64,000 bases of DNA. Origin: the human T2T-CHM13v2.0 reference genome, Homo sapiens. Shown piece by piece: positions 44,034 through 58,258 of the stretch. The notes under the pieces were generated by a model. It was not told the DNA's origin and did no database searches. It saw only the letters and a list, made by a program, of their open reading frames with translations. The translations under genes and the position numbers were made by a program. Location: NCBI RefSeq assembly GCF_009914755.1, contig NC_060932.1. One strand, 5' to 3'. Numbering within the stretch: the first letter of the stretch is position 1; every line of letters begins with the position of its first letter.

Positions 44034-44706
44034 TGTCAGAGGCATGTGAACCAGAACAACTCCATCTTGAATAGGAGCTAGGTAAAATGAGACTGAAACC
44101 TACCGGGCTGCAGTCCCAGACAGTTAAGGCATTCTAAGTCACAGGATGAAATAGGAGGTCGGCACAAGAAACAGGTCATAAAGACCTTGCTGATGAAACA
44201 GGTTGCAGTAAAGAAGCCGGGTAAATCGTAGCAAAACCAAGATGGCCACGAGAGTGACCTCTGGTCGTCCTCACTACTACATGCCCATCAACACGTGACA
44301 GTTTACAAATGACATGGAAATGTCAGGAAGTTACCCTATATGGTCTAAAAACTGGAGGCATAAATAATCCACCCCTTGTTTAGCATATCATCAAGAAATA
44401 ACCATAAAAATGGGCAATCAGCAGCCCTCTGGGCTGCTCTGTCTATGGAGTAGCCATTATTTTATTCCTTTACTTTCTTAATAAACTTGCTTTCACTTTG
44501 CACTGTGGACTCACCCTGAATTCTTTCTGAATTCTTCCTTGCACGAAATCCAGGAACCCTCTCTTTGGGCTTGGATTGGGAGCACTTTCCTGTAACATAT
44601 TTCTTTGTGCTGTAACATATTTCTGGTGACCACAGAAGGGACTACAGTGCAGAAACCCTGACACACACAATGGCTACCTTTGGGTAAGTGTTGGGGTCCT
44701 GTAACA
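44034..44706 (+). mobile_element. MER41A ERV1 LTR (44034-44597) plus a ~110-bp 3' extension
   Basis: TGTCAGAGGCATGTGAACCAGAACAACTCCATCTTGAATAGG start; LTR end CCTGTAACA; 4-bp TSD CTTC at 44030-44033 and 44707-44710. Confidence 0.9.
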
Positions 44707-46849
44707 CTTCCATACCCCTTTGTAAATTATCATATAATGTTGAAACATTTAATTATATAAAAGATTTTTCTTAAAAACATATGCTGTTTAAAGGAAAGAA
44801 TACTGTATTTTTCATTATGCTACAATGCCTGACAACTAACTGTTGGATGAATGAGTGAATAAATGAATGAAAGAACTGGTTACAAAAGTAAGTAGTGAAA
44901 GTGCAAAATATGTTATTACAACAAGGTAATTGTATGAAAATGTAAGCCATTCATAAATATTTTCATTACAGTGAATACTTTATTGTCTTTTTTTCTCTTT
45001 CTTATTTTTTGTTTGTTGAGTGACTAAGCATCACATGCTAGGACCTTTGCTAAATAGTCGTGATAGTGGCAGTAAGATGTTCATATATAAATCTAAAAAT
45101 TTCAGTATTTAAAGAAATCAATTTTAAATTACCTCGTTAAGATTGAAGAGTTTTCCTTGGGATGAAAAGATTAAATGAGTAAGTTCAATGCCATGAAGGC
45201 AAGGATATGCATGTGGTGCTGTACAAAACAGGAAGAGATTTGGCATAACTAGAAAAGTGACTGGGCCTGTAAAATGGACAGAAATGAGATTAGTAACATA
45301 AATGATTACGTTGTCGGGATTCTAGCATATAATGCTAACAGGATTGCACTTTATTAATGCATTTTAATGTGGAATCAAAAAAGATTTTCAATCAGAGGGT
45401 TGGAAAATTAATTTTTTTTAATTATAGGACTCTATTACTAGTGATTAATCAACTGGCATAAAACAACTTCTCACTGTCTTACTGCCAACCTATGCTTAAT
45501 ATTTACTCAGGTTCAAAAATGTGTCATAAAAATATTACAATTCTTTTTTTCTCCTGCCTTTCTCTTTCAACAGATTGGAGAAGATTAGTAGCTATCAATA
45601 CTAGTACATGGTTAGAGAAATTATACTATTAAATCTTGAATACAAGGAAAGAATTAGAATATCTGTATAGAATATACATATTAAAAGAGCTTACAGATCT
45701 AAGACTCAATTAAACAAAATATAACTATAAATATTATTTTAGTTACAAAGAATATTTATTTTCCACAAATGACTACATTTTACGAAAGAAGGTTTTGATC
45801 AATTATAGCAGCTATGTATTACCTTTTCCCCCTGAACTCAGGGTTAGCTTTTAAAATAAATAATAGATGTAAAATAATACCTATCATCACACCAGGCACT
45901 TAAATTGTATAAAATATCATAATCCAAATTTTAACTAGTATTCACTGTTTAGTATTCCAAAGAAATATGGATTTTTTTTCAAAGAATGACTCAGTTCTTC
46001 AGGACTATATGCTCCTTTGCAACTTTATTATGACAATTGTACATCATATTTCTTTGGCCCAAAAAAAGATCCCCAACCCTCTTCATGACTACCTATCCTT
46101 AAGTTTCAATCCGTAAATCTCCTTCTCTAGTGACAAAGTTGATAATTTAAACAGAACTCAGTTATGTTGCATCCCTCTGTACTGCAATTAATTTACATGT
46201 CTGTTTCAAACCTTTCTTTGAATAACATTAGGTCTTAAGCATTTCTGTATCTCTAGTAATAGCTTGCTTGAGAAAGATATTTTTCTTCATTATATATGTT
46301 TGAAGTTCATTTAATCTAATAGATAAATGAAAACTAAGAGATAAAGAGACCCATTATGTAGCAATTGGGACTAAATAAATGGAAGAGATAAAATGTCAAC
46401 TCAAATTAGTTTATATGAAAAAAATAAAAGAATATACTTTTCTCCTCACAACTGAGAAATTCAGGTAAATATTTAGCATAATTCTCCTCTCGACTTTGGT
46501 TTATGGTACCAAATAATATCCATATTATGAGAGAAATATCTGCCACCTCTACCATTTCTCTAAACCCCAGCAGATCCAGGTTCAGATACTTAAGGTTTGC
46601 GACTCAAAATGAACATCTCTCCCAGGGTACAAAGTAATTCTACAAAGAGATTTACCCCACTTATATAGTCTACCTTGGATTCTCACACTGCACAAAGGGA
46701 GAATTATTTTGAATGGCCACCCTAGGTAAAATGCCTGGATTTGGGAAGGGTGAGATTCATTCTCATTAGAATTACGTAGATTTAGGTATAAAAGAGGATA
46801 GTTCTTGACTGATGAAAAAGGGTTAGACCAAAAAATAATACCTGTCCAC

Positions 46850-47115
46850 TATTACCCAAAAGTAATCTTTTGAGTCAGATTACTTGAGGCTAAATTCTGG
46901 CCTTAACCATTTACCAGCTGCTAAATACAGGAAAATTTACTTAAGCACATTGTGCTTCAGTTTTCTTTTTGTAAAAAGGATTACAAATCATAGCCAAGAA
47001 CAATAGTTATCTTCAGACACTAGTAATAAGGAATAACTGGGATAATGCAGCTACAACACTCAGCATAATGTTTCACAAAAAATAACCACTCAAAATATTT
47101 GCCATGATGACAATA
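46850..47115 (+). mobile_element. MIR relic
   Basis: GAGTCAGA...AAATTCTGGC...ACTTAAGCACATTGTGCTTCAGTTTTCTTTTTGTAAAA. Confidence 0.6.
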
Positions 47116-50100
47116 ATGCAATTCTTAATCTTAAGGATGCACATTCTAGTCCCTCGATCCCTGAATCTTTTTCAATGAGGCATTAATCTATGCAGGGTTT
47201 TAAATAGTGATTCACAGTCTTCTGGACACAGCACTCTCTGGGGATTCCTATGAAGGAGAGGAAAGAAGAAGAAGAATTGCATCTCATCTGGAATTGTACC
47301 TCAAATTTATAAGCTTTACATGTTGTGCCTCCAAGAAAGATTTTATTTGAAAGCAGAATTCCACAGCCAAAATACATTTTGTAACCCACTGATGCTCTAA
47401 GATATTATCTTTATAGGTCTAGATAAATCATAAATGGAACACCTAAAATAAAGCAAAAAATATAGCAAGTCTATGGTGTTTGTTACAAGAGGGCTGAGCA
47501 AAGAGTATAGGTGAATAATGTCAGACATCATATTGCTCCAGGAAAGCAATTCATAGTCACCACTCTACTGAGCATATTTCAGTATTGCCATTTTTACAGA
47601 GTGAAGACAACATTGTTATATTATAATGCTATTAAGCATATCAAATATTATATGTGTAAAGAACCAAAGATGCATATCTTCTTTTTCACTATAAAAGCAT
47701 CTTATTATTTCTTTCACAAGTGGACTCAGAGCACTGAGAGAAAATATAGCAATTTATGAACTGTGGACAAAAATCAGAGCACAAAAGCACAATCATATTA
47801 GGATTCCAGCTATGCTTATCTCATTATCTCAGTCAGAGCAGAAGACATTTTAAGACGTTTATGTACAGAGAATATTAACTGTTTTCAAAAGATCATTTTT
47901 AAATGTTTCAAGATGCGAATGTAATAAAACGTGTGTGTAGAACACTAGAAAAAGCCTTGGTACTTTTTCAAATATTTGCATGCATATAATTTAACTCTAA
48001 TATGCAGCATTTTTTGTTTTTCTCAATAACTGAATTATGAAAGAAAATCTAATTTTCTGAATCACTAGAAAGTGATAGTTAAAGCTTGCCAGAGAACTAG
48101 CATCTGAAAGTGTCAAATCCTAGATGAATGATAATATTCATGAAACTCTGAAAATAGTTATTTGCTTATTTTGATTGCAGTTATCTGGATAGCTATATTT
48201 CCATTGAGTTTACTCATCAATCTTGGATTTTTTTTTGTTTGTGTGTGTGTGTGCGTGCGTTTGTAATAAAGACTAGTTTCTAGCAAGACATATTCTTCAT
48301 AATTTTACCCTATCATCTTTAAAAATTATGAGGAACACAGTAAGAGCTTTTTGAAAAAACTTATTAAAAATTTTATATGTTCCTACTCTTTAGAAATTTG
48401 ATTTCTGATGTTAATGATTCTTATTTAGTTAAATAAGTTAAAGTACCTGATCAAACAGGGAAATGGTGAGCAAAATTTATTTTATCTCTTTGCCCTCCCA
48501 GAAAAGGGCAGAAAGTTTTTTATGAAGGCAATATATTAGAACTATCAAAAACATGAAAATATCCAAATTTTAAAATATAGATTATTAGTTATGTAATATG
48601 ACTAAAATAATAAATTTCATATAAGCTTTATTACCACGTCCATGTGCTCTGATACTTTCCACATTAATATTCCTGTGATATATATGTATAATTCATAAAA
48701 AATACACTTGTGTCAACAAAGAGAAACTTAAGAAGGAATTGATTATAAACAATGCAAATTTATTTAAATACGCTGAAATATACATATTTTAAACTTAGGC
48801 TTAAAAAGGCTCGGTAGCAATTTGAAGGAGAAATGAGAAGCATTAAGGTGTTCCAAAGGTGGCCTTGGCACAGGCTTAATGTCTAGTCTCTCAGGCAAAT
48901 AGAAAAACAGAAGGAATATGTTTGCATATTATGTATTGTAGTTGATATTGTGAATAGAAGGAATGTGATACCAACCTTGAGATAACTAGATGTTGCAATT
49001 AGCAGATAAGAATTTTAAAGAAGCTGTTATAATTATGCTAAAAATGTAAGAAGGATATGAATTATAGTTGATATTTTGGTTAAGGGGATAGCAGGAAAAT
49101 GGATAAACTAAAGGTTTCTGGGTTGTTTTGTTATCTGTGATTTGGGGCACAGATAACTTCCTGCAGGATGTGGATTGATGGGAAACCCTTATAACGCTAC
49201 ACAGATTAAAACATTATTCATGCCAATTAGTGAATTACAAACGATTTAAGACACATCTAAAATGGTACAGTTGACACTTAAACAACATGAAGATTGGGGG
49301 TGCTGACCCCCTGTGCAGTCAAAAATCCACATGTAACTTTTAACTCCCCCAATATTTAAATGTTAATAGTCCACTGTGGACACAAAGCCTTGCTGACAAC
49401 ATAAACCAGTCAACACATATTTTGTATGCTACATGTATTATATGCTGTATTTATAAATAAAGTAAGCTAGAGGAAAAAATGCAATTAAGGAAATCATAAT
49501 TGAGATACAATATGTTTATTATTTATTAAGTGGAAATGGATCATCATAAAGTTCTTTATCCTTATCATCTTCATTTTGAGTAGGCTGAGGAGGAAGAAGA
49601 AGAAGGATAATTAGGTCTTGTTTCAAGGGTGGCAGACGTGGAAGAGGTGGAGGAGGTGGAAAGGTAGGCGGGAGAGGCAGACATATGTAGTGTAATTTTA
49701 TGAAAATACACGGTAATTTCTGTCCAACATTTTTGCTTTCTAATTTCTCTAAAAAGGTTTGCATTTAGTACCAATCCTTATTCCCCATTTGTTTTAGTAT
49801 CAGTGCCTGTATCACAGAAGGGTGCAAGTTGTAAAGGAGGTCAAAGGCAGTGTTGAATAATCAGAGCTTTTCTGTCAGGTTGTCTCATGTCAGTATGTAT
49901 CTTGGCTCTGCCTTTTCTGCATTTCCTTTCTCATTATCTGGAGCTGGTTAGGAAGCACTCATCTCTACCAAGTTTTCTTCTGTTAATTCCTCTTAATGGT
50001 GACTATTAGTTCTTGAAATTCTTCATCTCCTATCCTTTTCACAATATCCATAATCTCTTTTATGATTTCCTTGATTGGCTTTGCTGTAAATGCTGTGAAG

Positions 50101-51049
50101 TCATGCATGACATCTGAGCACAGTTTTGTTTTTTGTTTTTTGTTTTTCCCCAGCAAGAATGTATTGTTTTGGGATTAATGGCTTTCATGACTTTTTCTAT
50201 AACAATGATGGAATTTTCAATGGTGTAATCCTTCCAGATTTTCATAATCTTCTCTCCACTGGGTTTCTCTTCCATAGGGTTCACAATCCTTTCCATAGAA
50301 TAGCATGTGTAATGAGCCTTAAAGATTCTTGTAACCTCTGATTACAATTTAGAGGCTAAATTACAGATGTTGTGTTTAGGAGCAAGTAGACTACTGCAAT
50401 GCCTTGGTGTTGAACGCATAGGGTTGTGACTAGCCAGGGGCACTGCCAATATTAAAATAACTTTAAAAGGCAGTACCTTCCTGGCAACGTACTTCCTGAT
50501 GTCAGGGACAAAGCATCGATGGAACCAATTCAGAAAAAAAAAGGGTTCTTGTTGTGCAGGACTTCTTGTTGTACAGTGAAAAGACTGGCAGCTGGTGTTT
50601 ATATTTTCTCTTCAAGGCTTGCGGTTAGCAGCTTTCTAGATAAGGGCAGTCCTGATCATAAACCTGACTGCATTTGCACACAACAGTAGAGTTAGCCTAT
50701 TACTTCCTGCCTTAAATCCTGGTGCTTGCATCTTTTTGTTACTAATAAATGTACTTTGTGGCACTTTTGTTCCCAAAATAAGGCACTCTATCTGCATTAG
50801 AAATCTGTTCAGGCAGACATCCTTTCTCCTCAATAATTGTATTAATGGTGTCAGGAAAGTTATCTGTTGCCTCTTGGTCAACAGAAGCTGCTTCAAGGCT
50901 CTCTCTAAAATTGTCAAATCATTTTTTGGTGGCATTAAGTTCTCCAGTTTTAGATCTTTCACTTTCCTTTGGCTTTAGGTTATCATATAATGACTTCTCT
51001 TTTTCTGGAATCATCTTAAGAGTCTACACTATAAGTAGGCATAGGCCTT

Positions 51050-51051
<2 letters not shown>

Positions 51052-51082
<31 letters not shown>

Positions 51083-51300
51083 AGAGACAGAGTCTCACTC
51101 TGTCGCTCACGCCAGATTGCAGTGGTGAGATCCTGGCTCACTGCAACCTCTGCTGCTGGGGTTCAAGTGATTCTCCTGATTCAGCCTCCCAAGTAGCTGG
51201 GATTACAGGCACCTGCCACTATACCCGGCTAATTTTTGTAGTTTTAGTAGAGAAGAGGTTTCATCATCTTTGTCAGGCTGGTCTTGAACTTCTGACCTTG
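51052..51300 (-). mobile_element. 5'-truncated AluS inside Tigger2
   Basis: Long T-tail; TSD TAGGCCTTTCTT at 51042-51053 and 51301-51312. Confidence 0.9.
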
Positions 51301-51774
51301 TAGGCCTTTCTTACAGCAATCTTTCACTCAAGTAAAGGTTTATTTTCAATATGAAATGAAAATTTATCTTGCAAAACGTACAGGGTTTTTGTGCCTGCTG
51401 ACATAGCTGCAGGAATGGCATCACAGGTTTTCTTTTCTTTTTTAGAAAGGTTTTTATGCTAAATATATTTATTTTAAAATGGTGGGCAAACACAGCTGAA
51501 GACTTCAGTCTATGGTACATGTCAAACAATTCAACTTTCTTTTTGTAATGTCATGACCTTTCTCTGCTTCTTGGAAGCACTTCCAGCATCACTAGCTACA
51601 CTTCATATGGGTCCCATGATGTTACTTAAGGTTTACAGTATCACACTAAACATGATGAAAAATACTTGAGAACTATGAGAGATCACTTTTTGCTAAAATA
51701 CACAATTTCTAGAGAAATGAACTGTTCACATGTAGAAGATTAGCATCACATGGTGTTTTTTCATTACTTTAAAT

Positions 51775-52352
51775 GTATTATTATTATTATTTTAGAGATA
51801 GGGTTCCACTCTGATGCCCAGGCTGGAGTACAGTGGTACCATCATAGCTCACTGTAGCCTTGAACTCCTGGGCACAAGCGATCCTCTTGCATCAGCCTCA
51901 TAAGTATCTGGGACTACAGGTGTGAGCCACCATACTCAGTTAATTAATTAATTAATTAATTAATTATTATTATTATTATTTTTTGAGATGGAGTCTCACA
52001 CTGTCGCCCAGGACGGATTGCAGTGGCGCGATCTCAGCTCACTGCAACCTCTGCCTCCCTCCCGAGTTCACGCCATTCTCCTGCCTCAGCCTCCCCAGTA
52101 GCTGGGACTACAGGCGCCCGCCACCACACCTGGCTAATTTTTTGTATTTTTAGTAGAGACGGGGTTTCACCATTTTAGCCAGGATGATCTCTATCTCCTG
52201 CCCTCGTGATCTGCCCGCCTTGGCCTCCCAAAGTGCTGGGATTACAGGCATGAGCCACCGTGCTCGGCCTTTTTTTTTTTAATAGAGATGAAGGTCTCCT
52301 TATGTTGCCAAGGCTACTCTTGAATTCTTGGCCTCAAGAGATCCTCCTTCCT
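51775..52352 (-). mobile_element. AluJ with a younger AluY/Sc (~51946-52269) inserted in its central linker
   Basis: AluJ right arm (ATCATAGCTCACTGTAGCCTTGAACTCCTGGG), then a complete younger Alu, then the AluJ left arm. Confidence 0.88.
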
Positions 52353-54984
52353 TAAAGGGATACTCACAACACTTGAGCTCAAAGCAACAGCAATGGGAGG
52401 TAGCTACAAAATTATTACAGCAATACAATATATACTGCAGATAACTTTATGCAGTTATGATTTAATATCGCATCTTTACATTTGCTAAAACTTCTCTCAA
52501 CTGCGAATGATGCCACGTATGATCTGTGGTTGTGTAGGTAAGTTTTGATAAGTTTTAACTTTTTATAATTAATTTGCATATATTTTATGGTAGTGAATGA
52601 CACAATAGACTAATATCTACATATATTTTATGAATTCATGACACACTTAATTGAAAAAGGAATATAACACTTATAATTTATTAATATATTCATACAATAT
52701 GTGTTTATTTATATATTACTGAGTACATAATTAATTTATATAAATTAAAATGCTAAAATTTAATAAAAAGTGGCCAAATGATATAATGATGCATTTAATA
52801 AAAGAAACAACTATAGCCCATAAACATTAGAAAGAATGTTCTACGTCATAGTAATAAGTTAAATAGAAAAGTTCAGTGGAATTTATTTTAAAACCTATCA
52901 GATTGATAAAAATTAAGACACCTTAAGACATCTGACAACACAAAAATATATTTAATAAGCTTTTAGGCATCACTTTTTTTAATGAAAAGTGATTAAATTC
53001 ATGAAAGCACTTTAGAAGACAATTGCTGTTTTTTGTTTGTTTGGGATTTATATATATCCTCTGAGCCATTAATTTCATTGCACATGTGCACCAGGACATG
53101 TGTGGAGACTATACAAAGCAGCGTTTTAATTCTTATTTTATTTTTTACAGCAAACACACTGAAGATAGCCCCAGTATATACTGGCAAGTGTACACACAAA
53201 TATACTATGGTAAAAATGCATTCCTACCATTGCCTTTAACAGCAAGGAAGAATATCAAAATAACTGTTAAACATAAAAGACACGGCACAGAAAACTACAT
53301 GTGCTAAAACGTAAGTATATAAATAAACTAACATACTTAATATACTACTGAAGGATGTTACATATGTCATGAAAGCAAAACCAAAAGAATAGGAACAATA
53401 AAACAAAATTATCTAATCACAAATTTCATAGCATATAAAATGGTTCTTCTTTGTTCCACCTAAATATTTTAATAACATGTTTGTAATTATTATTTTATGT
53501 AGTATAAGAATAATCTATAATTGTGATATTCTTAGTACATTACTATCAGCTGAATTAACATAGTAAAATACTGGCTCAGTTAAAACTGAAACTGTTCAAA
53601 ACAATACTTAGATTTTGCAGATTTAATATAAATTATGCTATTAACATATTTGGGACAAAAAAATCTAAATCATGAGTTTGAATGTAGTATTTATTTTGAG
53701 AAATATAGAATACTTAAGAAGAATAAAGAGTTGCTATTTCACATAAATTAATAAAGATTAAGATGCCCAAGGCCATTTTGGATAGAAAAAATAAAATGAC
53801 TGTGTATATACAAATTTTGAATAGATATTACCCTTTTTTTAATTTGGGAGCTTATTTTTAAGTTGGAGGGAAAAATATATTAGTGCCAGGCAAAAAAAAA
53901 AAGGCATATGTTCACACTTGGGAATTTATCAAACTATGAACTGAATTTAATACATTTTAAATAATATCAAAGGAGGAATATTCCTAAAAATATGTTGTAT
54001 AAAAGCATAGTTAATATACTAATAACACAGACAAATTTCACACTTTTGCTGAGAATGGATTCTCTACAATGTTGCATATACTGATTTGTAGAAAGTTCTT
54101 AAGGTATTTTGCTTACCTCTAAAGTGAAGAATTTGAACAAAGTCAATAAACTTCAACTTAATTTTAACCATTCTTTCCGAAAGTGATATTTTTATGTAAG
54201 AATGAAGTATATGCATTACATAAAAGCACAGATTATCTGACTGAGGTGCGGATGAAGATGAGAAAACCATTTCTGACTCACTACCAATCTTTTATTCTTA
54301 TTACATTATCAAATCACTTTAATTAGAAGTCTATTCATTTCTCAGAAAAATAGGAACCTCACTAGACTAATGGAATTGTCTAGTTCTTTCCAACTATAAA
54401 AGTCTATAATTTAGTAAAACACAAGCCTTTTAAGTTTAGAAAACTATTGGTAATAATAATATCCCAAATCTCCTCACTTATGAATATAAATGTTTAAATA
54501 TAATTTAATAGTTGCATACATTGGTTGCATTATTATTTCCAAAATATAGGCAAAAAAGTGAGACTCAAAAGTATAAACTAAGCATCCCCAAATCTTACAT
54601 CAAATAAGTTTGAAGTAATGCAATCCACTATATCTCTAAAGCCTGGTCTCTTTTCATCACACTCCACAAGGAGCAAGAATTAAAAAGACAACAAAGGTTC
54701 TCCTCTCCCTAAATCTCTTTCTTAATAGCAGTCATGAAAGGATGAAATTTCGAATACAGAAATTTTATTTTTTTGGCTAACAGCATTGTTCCTTTGATAA
54801 AAATCAATTATCTCCAGAAAAATAACACATTATTTTGCCATCATTTCTCAGTATCTTAGGGTAAATTAGTTAATTAGAATACTTTGAAAAGTTAGCTTTG
54901 GATGAGTTTTATAAAGAAATGTAATACCTGGATCTAGGTGACAGAGCAGCCTAAGTACTGAATGTTACTGTAGTCAGTTTCTTA

Positions 54985-55215
54985 AAAGCAAAGGCCTGCA
55001 GTCATACAGGACTTGTGTTTATTTTCCTGACACCACCACTTATTGTGTGACTTTAGGTAGTCATTTAAACTTTCCAGACCACGTTACCTTCATCTGTACA
55101 AGAGAACTAATAATTGTCCCTATATCAAGGCTGTTTTAAGAATTAAAGACAGAAAAAGCACTAAGCACAATTCATATAGATGATATTCACATAAATACTT
55201 AATAAATAAATAATA
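54985..55215 (+). mobile_element. MIR relic
   Basis: CACCACTTATTGTGTGACTTTAGGTAGTCATTTAAAC...CATCTGTA. Confidence 0.6.
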
Positions 55216-56676
55216 ACTATTAATATTATAGGGTCACTAAATAAGAAAGAAAAGAATGTGAAGTTTTGGAGGACAACAAAAATATAAACTTAATTAACTC
55301 CTAATCAGAAAGCATGAGATGTAGTTTCATCAACAGCTCTCTGTGAACCATTGGGTCAATAATTTTAACCTCTCTGCATCTCATTTGTAGTATGAGAGGA
55401 AAATATAGTGGGTGGATAATGATCTCTAAGTGTCTTTTCATTTCAAATATTCAGTGATTTTCATAATTGTGCCCCGTACTAGCCCTAGCTACAATAACCT
55501 AGAAACAGCTTTTCTACACAGTGAATTTTAATACCTAAGAAGTAGCGTTCTCTGGTAGTTGTTTTAATCTTGTAACAGTTAATGGGCCGGGTGATAGGAT
55601 GTACAGCAAGAAGGTCTTATAGAATCTAGATTATTAAATAACCACAGGTAAGTGTAGAGAAAAATTAAGATCATTATTGTTACAGTTGCTTTTTAATTCT
55701 TACATTTGAAGGCTTCAAAACAAACTTATAAGGGAAAAACTTATTTCAGAAACATTTTTTAATCCTTGAATCAGATAAAGTAATAATTTCTTGTCTATTT
55801 TAATTGGAGGAAGTAATTGTAATAAAGCAAAAAGAGAAGAAAAAGCCCTTCATGGAGGTTTCCACTGCCTTAAAATTACAGCAAAATCTCATTGAGCAGT
55901 AATGGAAATGGAAATTACTTGCTCATGGAGCCCTGATTGTATTCCTGTTAGGTCATTTGCATACTGTTCATTGATTGGATTACTGATGAGGCTGAGAGGT
56001 CTCAGAACTGCATTCCTATGTATTCTCAACTAATTCTACTGCTGTGACTAGGAGCAGAAATTATTTCCTGAACTTTGTAATATGATCCTTATGGAAGCAT
56101 AGAAGCCTTCTTTAGATTTTAAATGGGTATAAGTGTAAACTCCCAAAGTTGGCTCAAAGCTGCATAATTTTAAAGAGCTTAAAATATACTTTACCATGTT
56201 ATGTCATAGAATGTTAGTAACTTTCTTAACAGTTTCAAATGTAATGAGCCAATACTTACATTCTCAGTAATGGCTGGTTGTGGAATGAAAAAAAAAAAAG
56301 AAAATCACAAATAGCAAAACAATTTCTGGTTAATATACAGTAACCACTTTTTTTGTTTGCCATTTCCTCCTCTAGCCATTTTTGTATTATTTGAGGGTAC
56401 ATAATTCTCTTCTAGTATAAGTTCCTCTGAAGGTAAAGAGTGTTTTTTTTTGTCTCCTCCAGAAACTAACAACTAATAAGCCACTTTGCACATAGCACAG
56501 TTTAAACACAATAGCATATTTTTCTAAGAATCAGTCTCATCTATTTATTTATTATCTATCTTTACACATATCCACACACAAATAAGTAAAAATAAGTCAA
56601 AAACATACAGAATTTTATTTTTACAGTTAAGCCCCCTTCTAAGTTTTGTCATTCATTTTTAAAAATTACCTGAACT

Positions 56677-57021
<345 letters not shown>

Positions 57022-57844
57022 ACCTGAACTATTGAATTCATTGACACATTTTATTTTCCTATAAGTAAGAAGCCACACAAAAATATTAGGTATAAACTAT
57101 TTAAAATAAATCAGACATTGTTGTCACCCAGTGTTGATATTTCAGTATTATCTGTCAACATGTATATTTAATCACCCCCTGGATCAGCTCTTTAAGAGAT
57201 ACTTATGTAAAAATCACTAAGATTTCTAAAGTGAACATGGATACTTATGTTTAAATAAAGCTCTAATGTCATGGCTAGTTTTTCGAAAATGTCCAGTATT
57301 GGGAAAACATTCCAACAATGGAGAAAAGAATGTGTATTTTTTAAATGTTCCAAGCAATGTTCCTTACCTTGGGGGTCATTTATGCCATTTTTCTCCTTTT
57401 TACCAATTCAACCTTTCATTTATAATGCTTTTTATTATAGAATTTTGCAACTTGGAATTACATCAATTGGAATTACAGTAATGTCAATAGTGACACATGT
57501 AACATGTTTATCTGTCAAGTTAGGACTGATATATTGTTATTAAGCTGTCACAGTCAGTGTCTTGAGAGCCAGCATTAAAATAGTACTTTGTTCTGAATTC
57601 TTAAGATATAGGACAGTGTCAATCACAAAGTGATAATTCAATAAAGATGTCCTAACACATTTATTAGATAACTAAAATGAAAGCATTATCACAAAATGGA
57701 ACTACCACATAAAAGATATATTTACTACTAAGTTAAGAACACAGAGTTAATTTAAAGAAAACTTAAAAAACTTTAAAAAGCAGATAATGAAAGACAATGG
57801 GCCCTAAATTCACAATGACCTAGACTCACATCCCAGTTTACATA

Positions 57845-58258
57845 TGATATGGTTTGGATCTCTGTCCCTGCCAAATCTCATGTTGAAACATAATCTCCAA
57901 TGTTGGAGATAGGCCTGGTAGGAGGTGATTAGAAAATAGGGACAGATTACTCATGAATGGTTTAGCACTATCCCCTTTGTGCCCTCCTTGTGATAATGAG
58001 TTCTCCCAAGACCTAGCTGTTTAAAAGTCTAGCACCCACCCTTCCTCTCTCTGTGGCTCCCACTCCTGCCATGTGAGAGGCCTGCTCTTCCTTCACCTTT
58101 CACCATGACTGTAAGTTTCCTGAGGCCTCACCAGAAGCAGATGCCAGCACTATGCTTCCTTTACACCCTGTACCACTATGAGCCCATTAAACCTCTTTTC
58201 TTATAAATTACCCAGTCTCAGGTATTTCTTTATAGCAATGCGAGAACAGCCTAATACA
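57845..58258 (+). mobile_element. MaLR solo LTR (MSTA/MSTB-like)
   Basis: TGATATGGTTTGGATC...CCTAATACA; TSD ACATA. Confidence 0.92.

Larger units (their letters stand above)
49268..52652 (-). mobile_element. Near-full-length Tigger2 (pogo-like DNA transposon) with a decayed transposase and Alu insertions
   Basis: TA|CAGTTGACACTTAAACAACA TIR at the left; ORF 50636-50962 has the Tigger DDE-region motif APGFKAG..RLTLLLCANAV; the right TIR is not seen. Confidence 0.9.

Noticed and set aside
49519-49774. Pro-rich and Ser-rich ORFs
   Set aside because: Low-complexity 3' region of Tigger2
50845-51303. 152-aa ORF (longest in the track) and similar ORFs at 20786, 26505, 42046 and 56793
   Set aside because: They read through Alu sequence (poly-[11 protein letters not shown]-type peptides), which is a typical artefact
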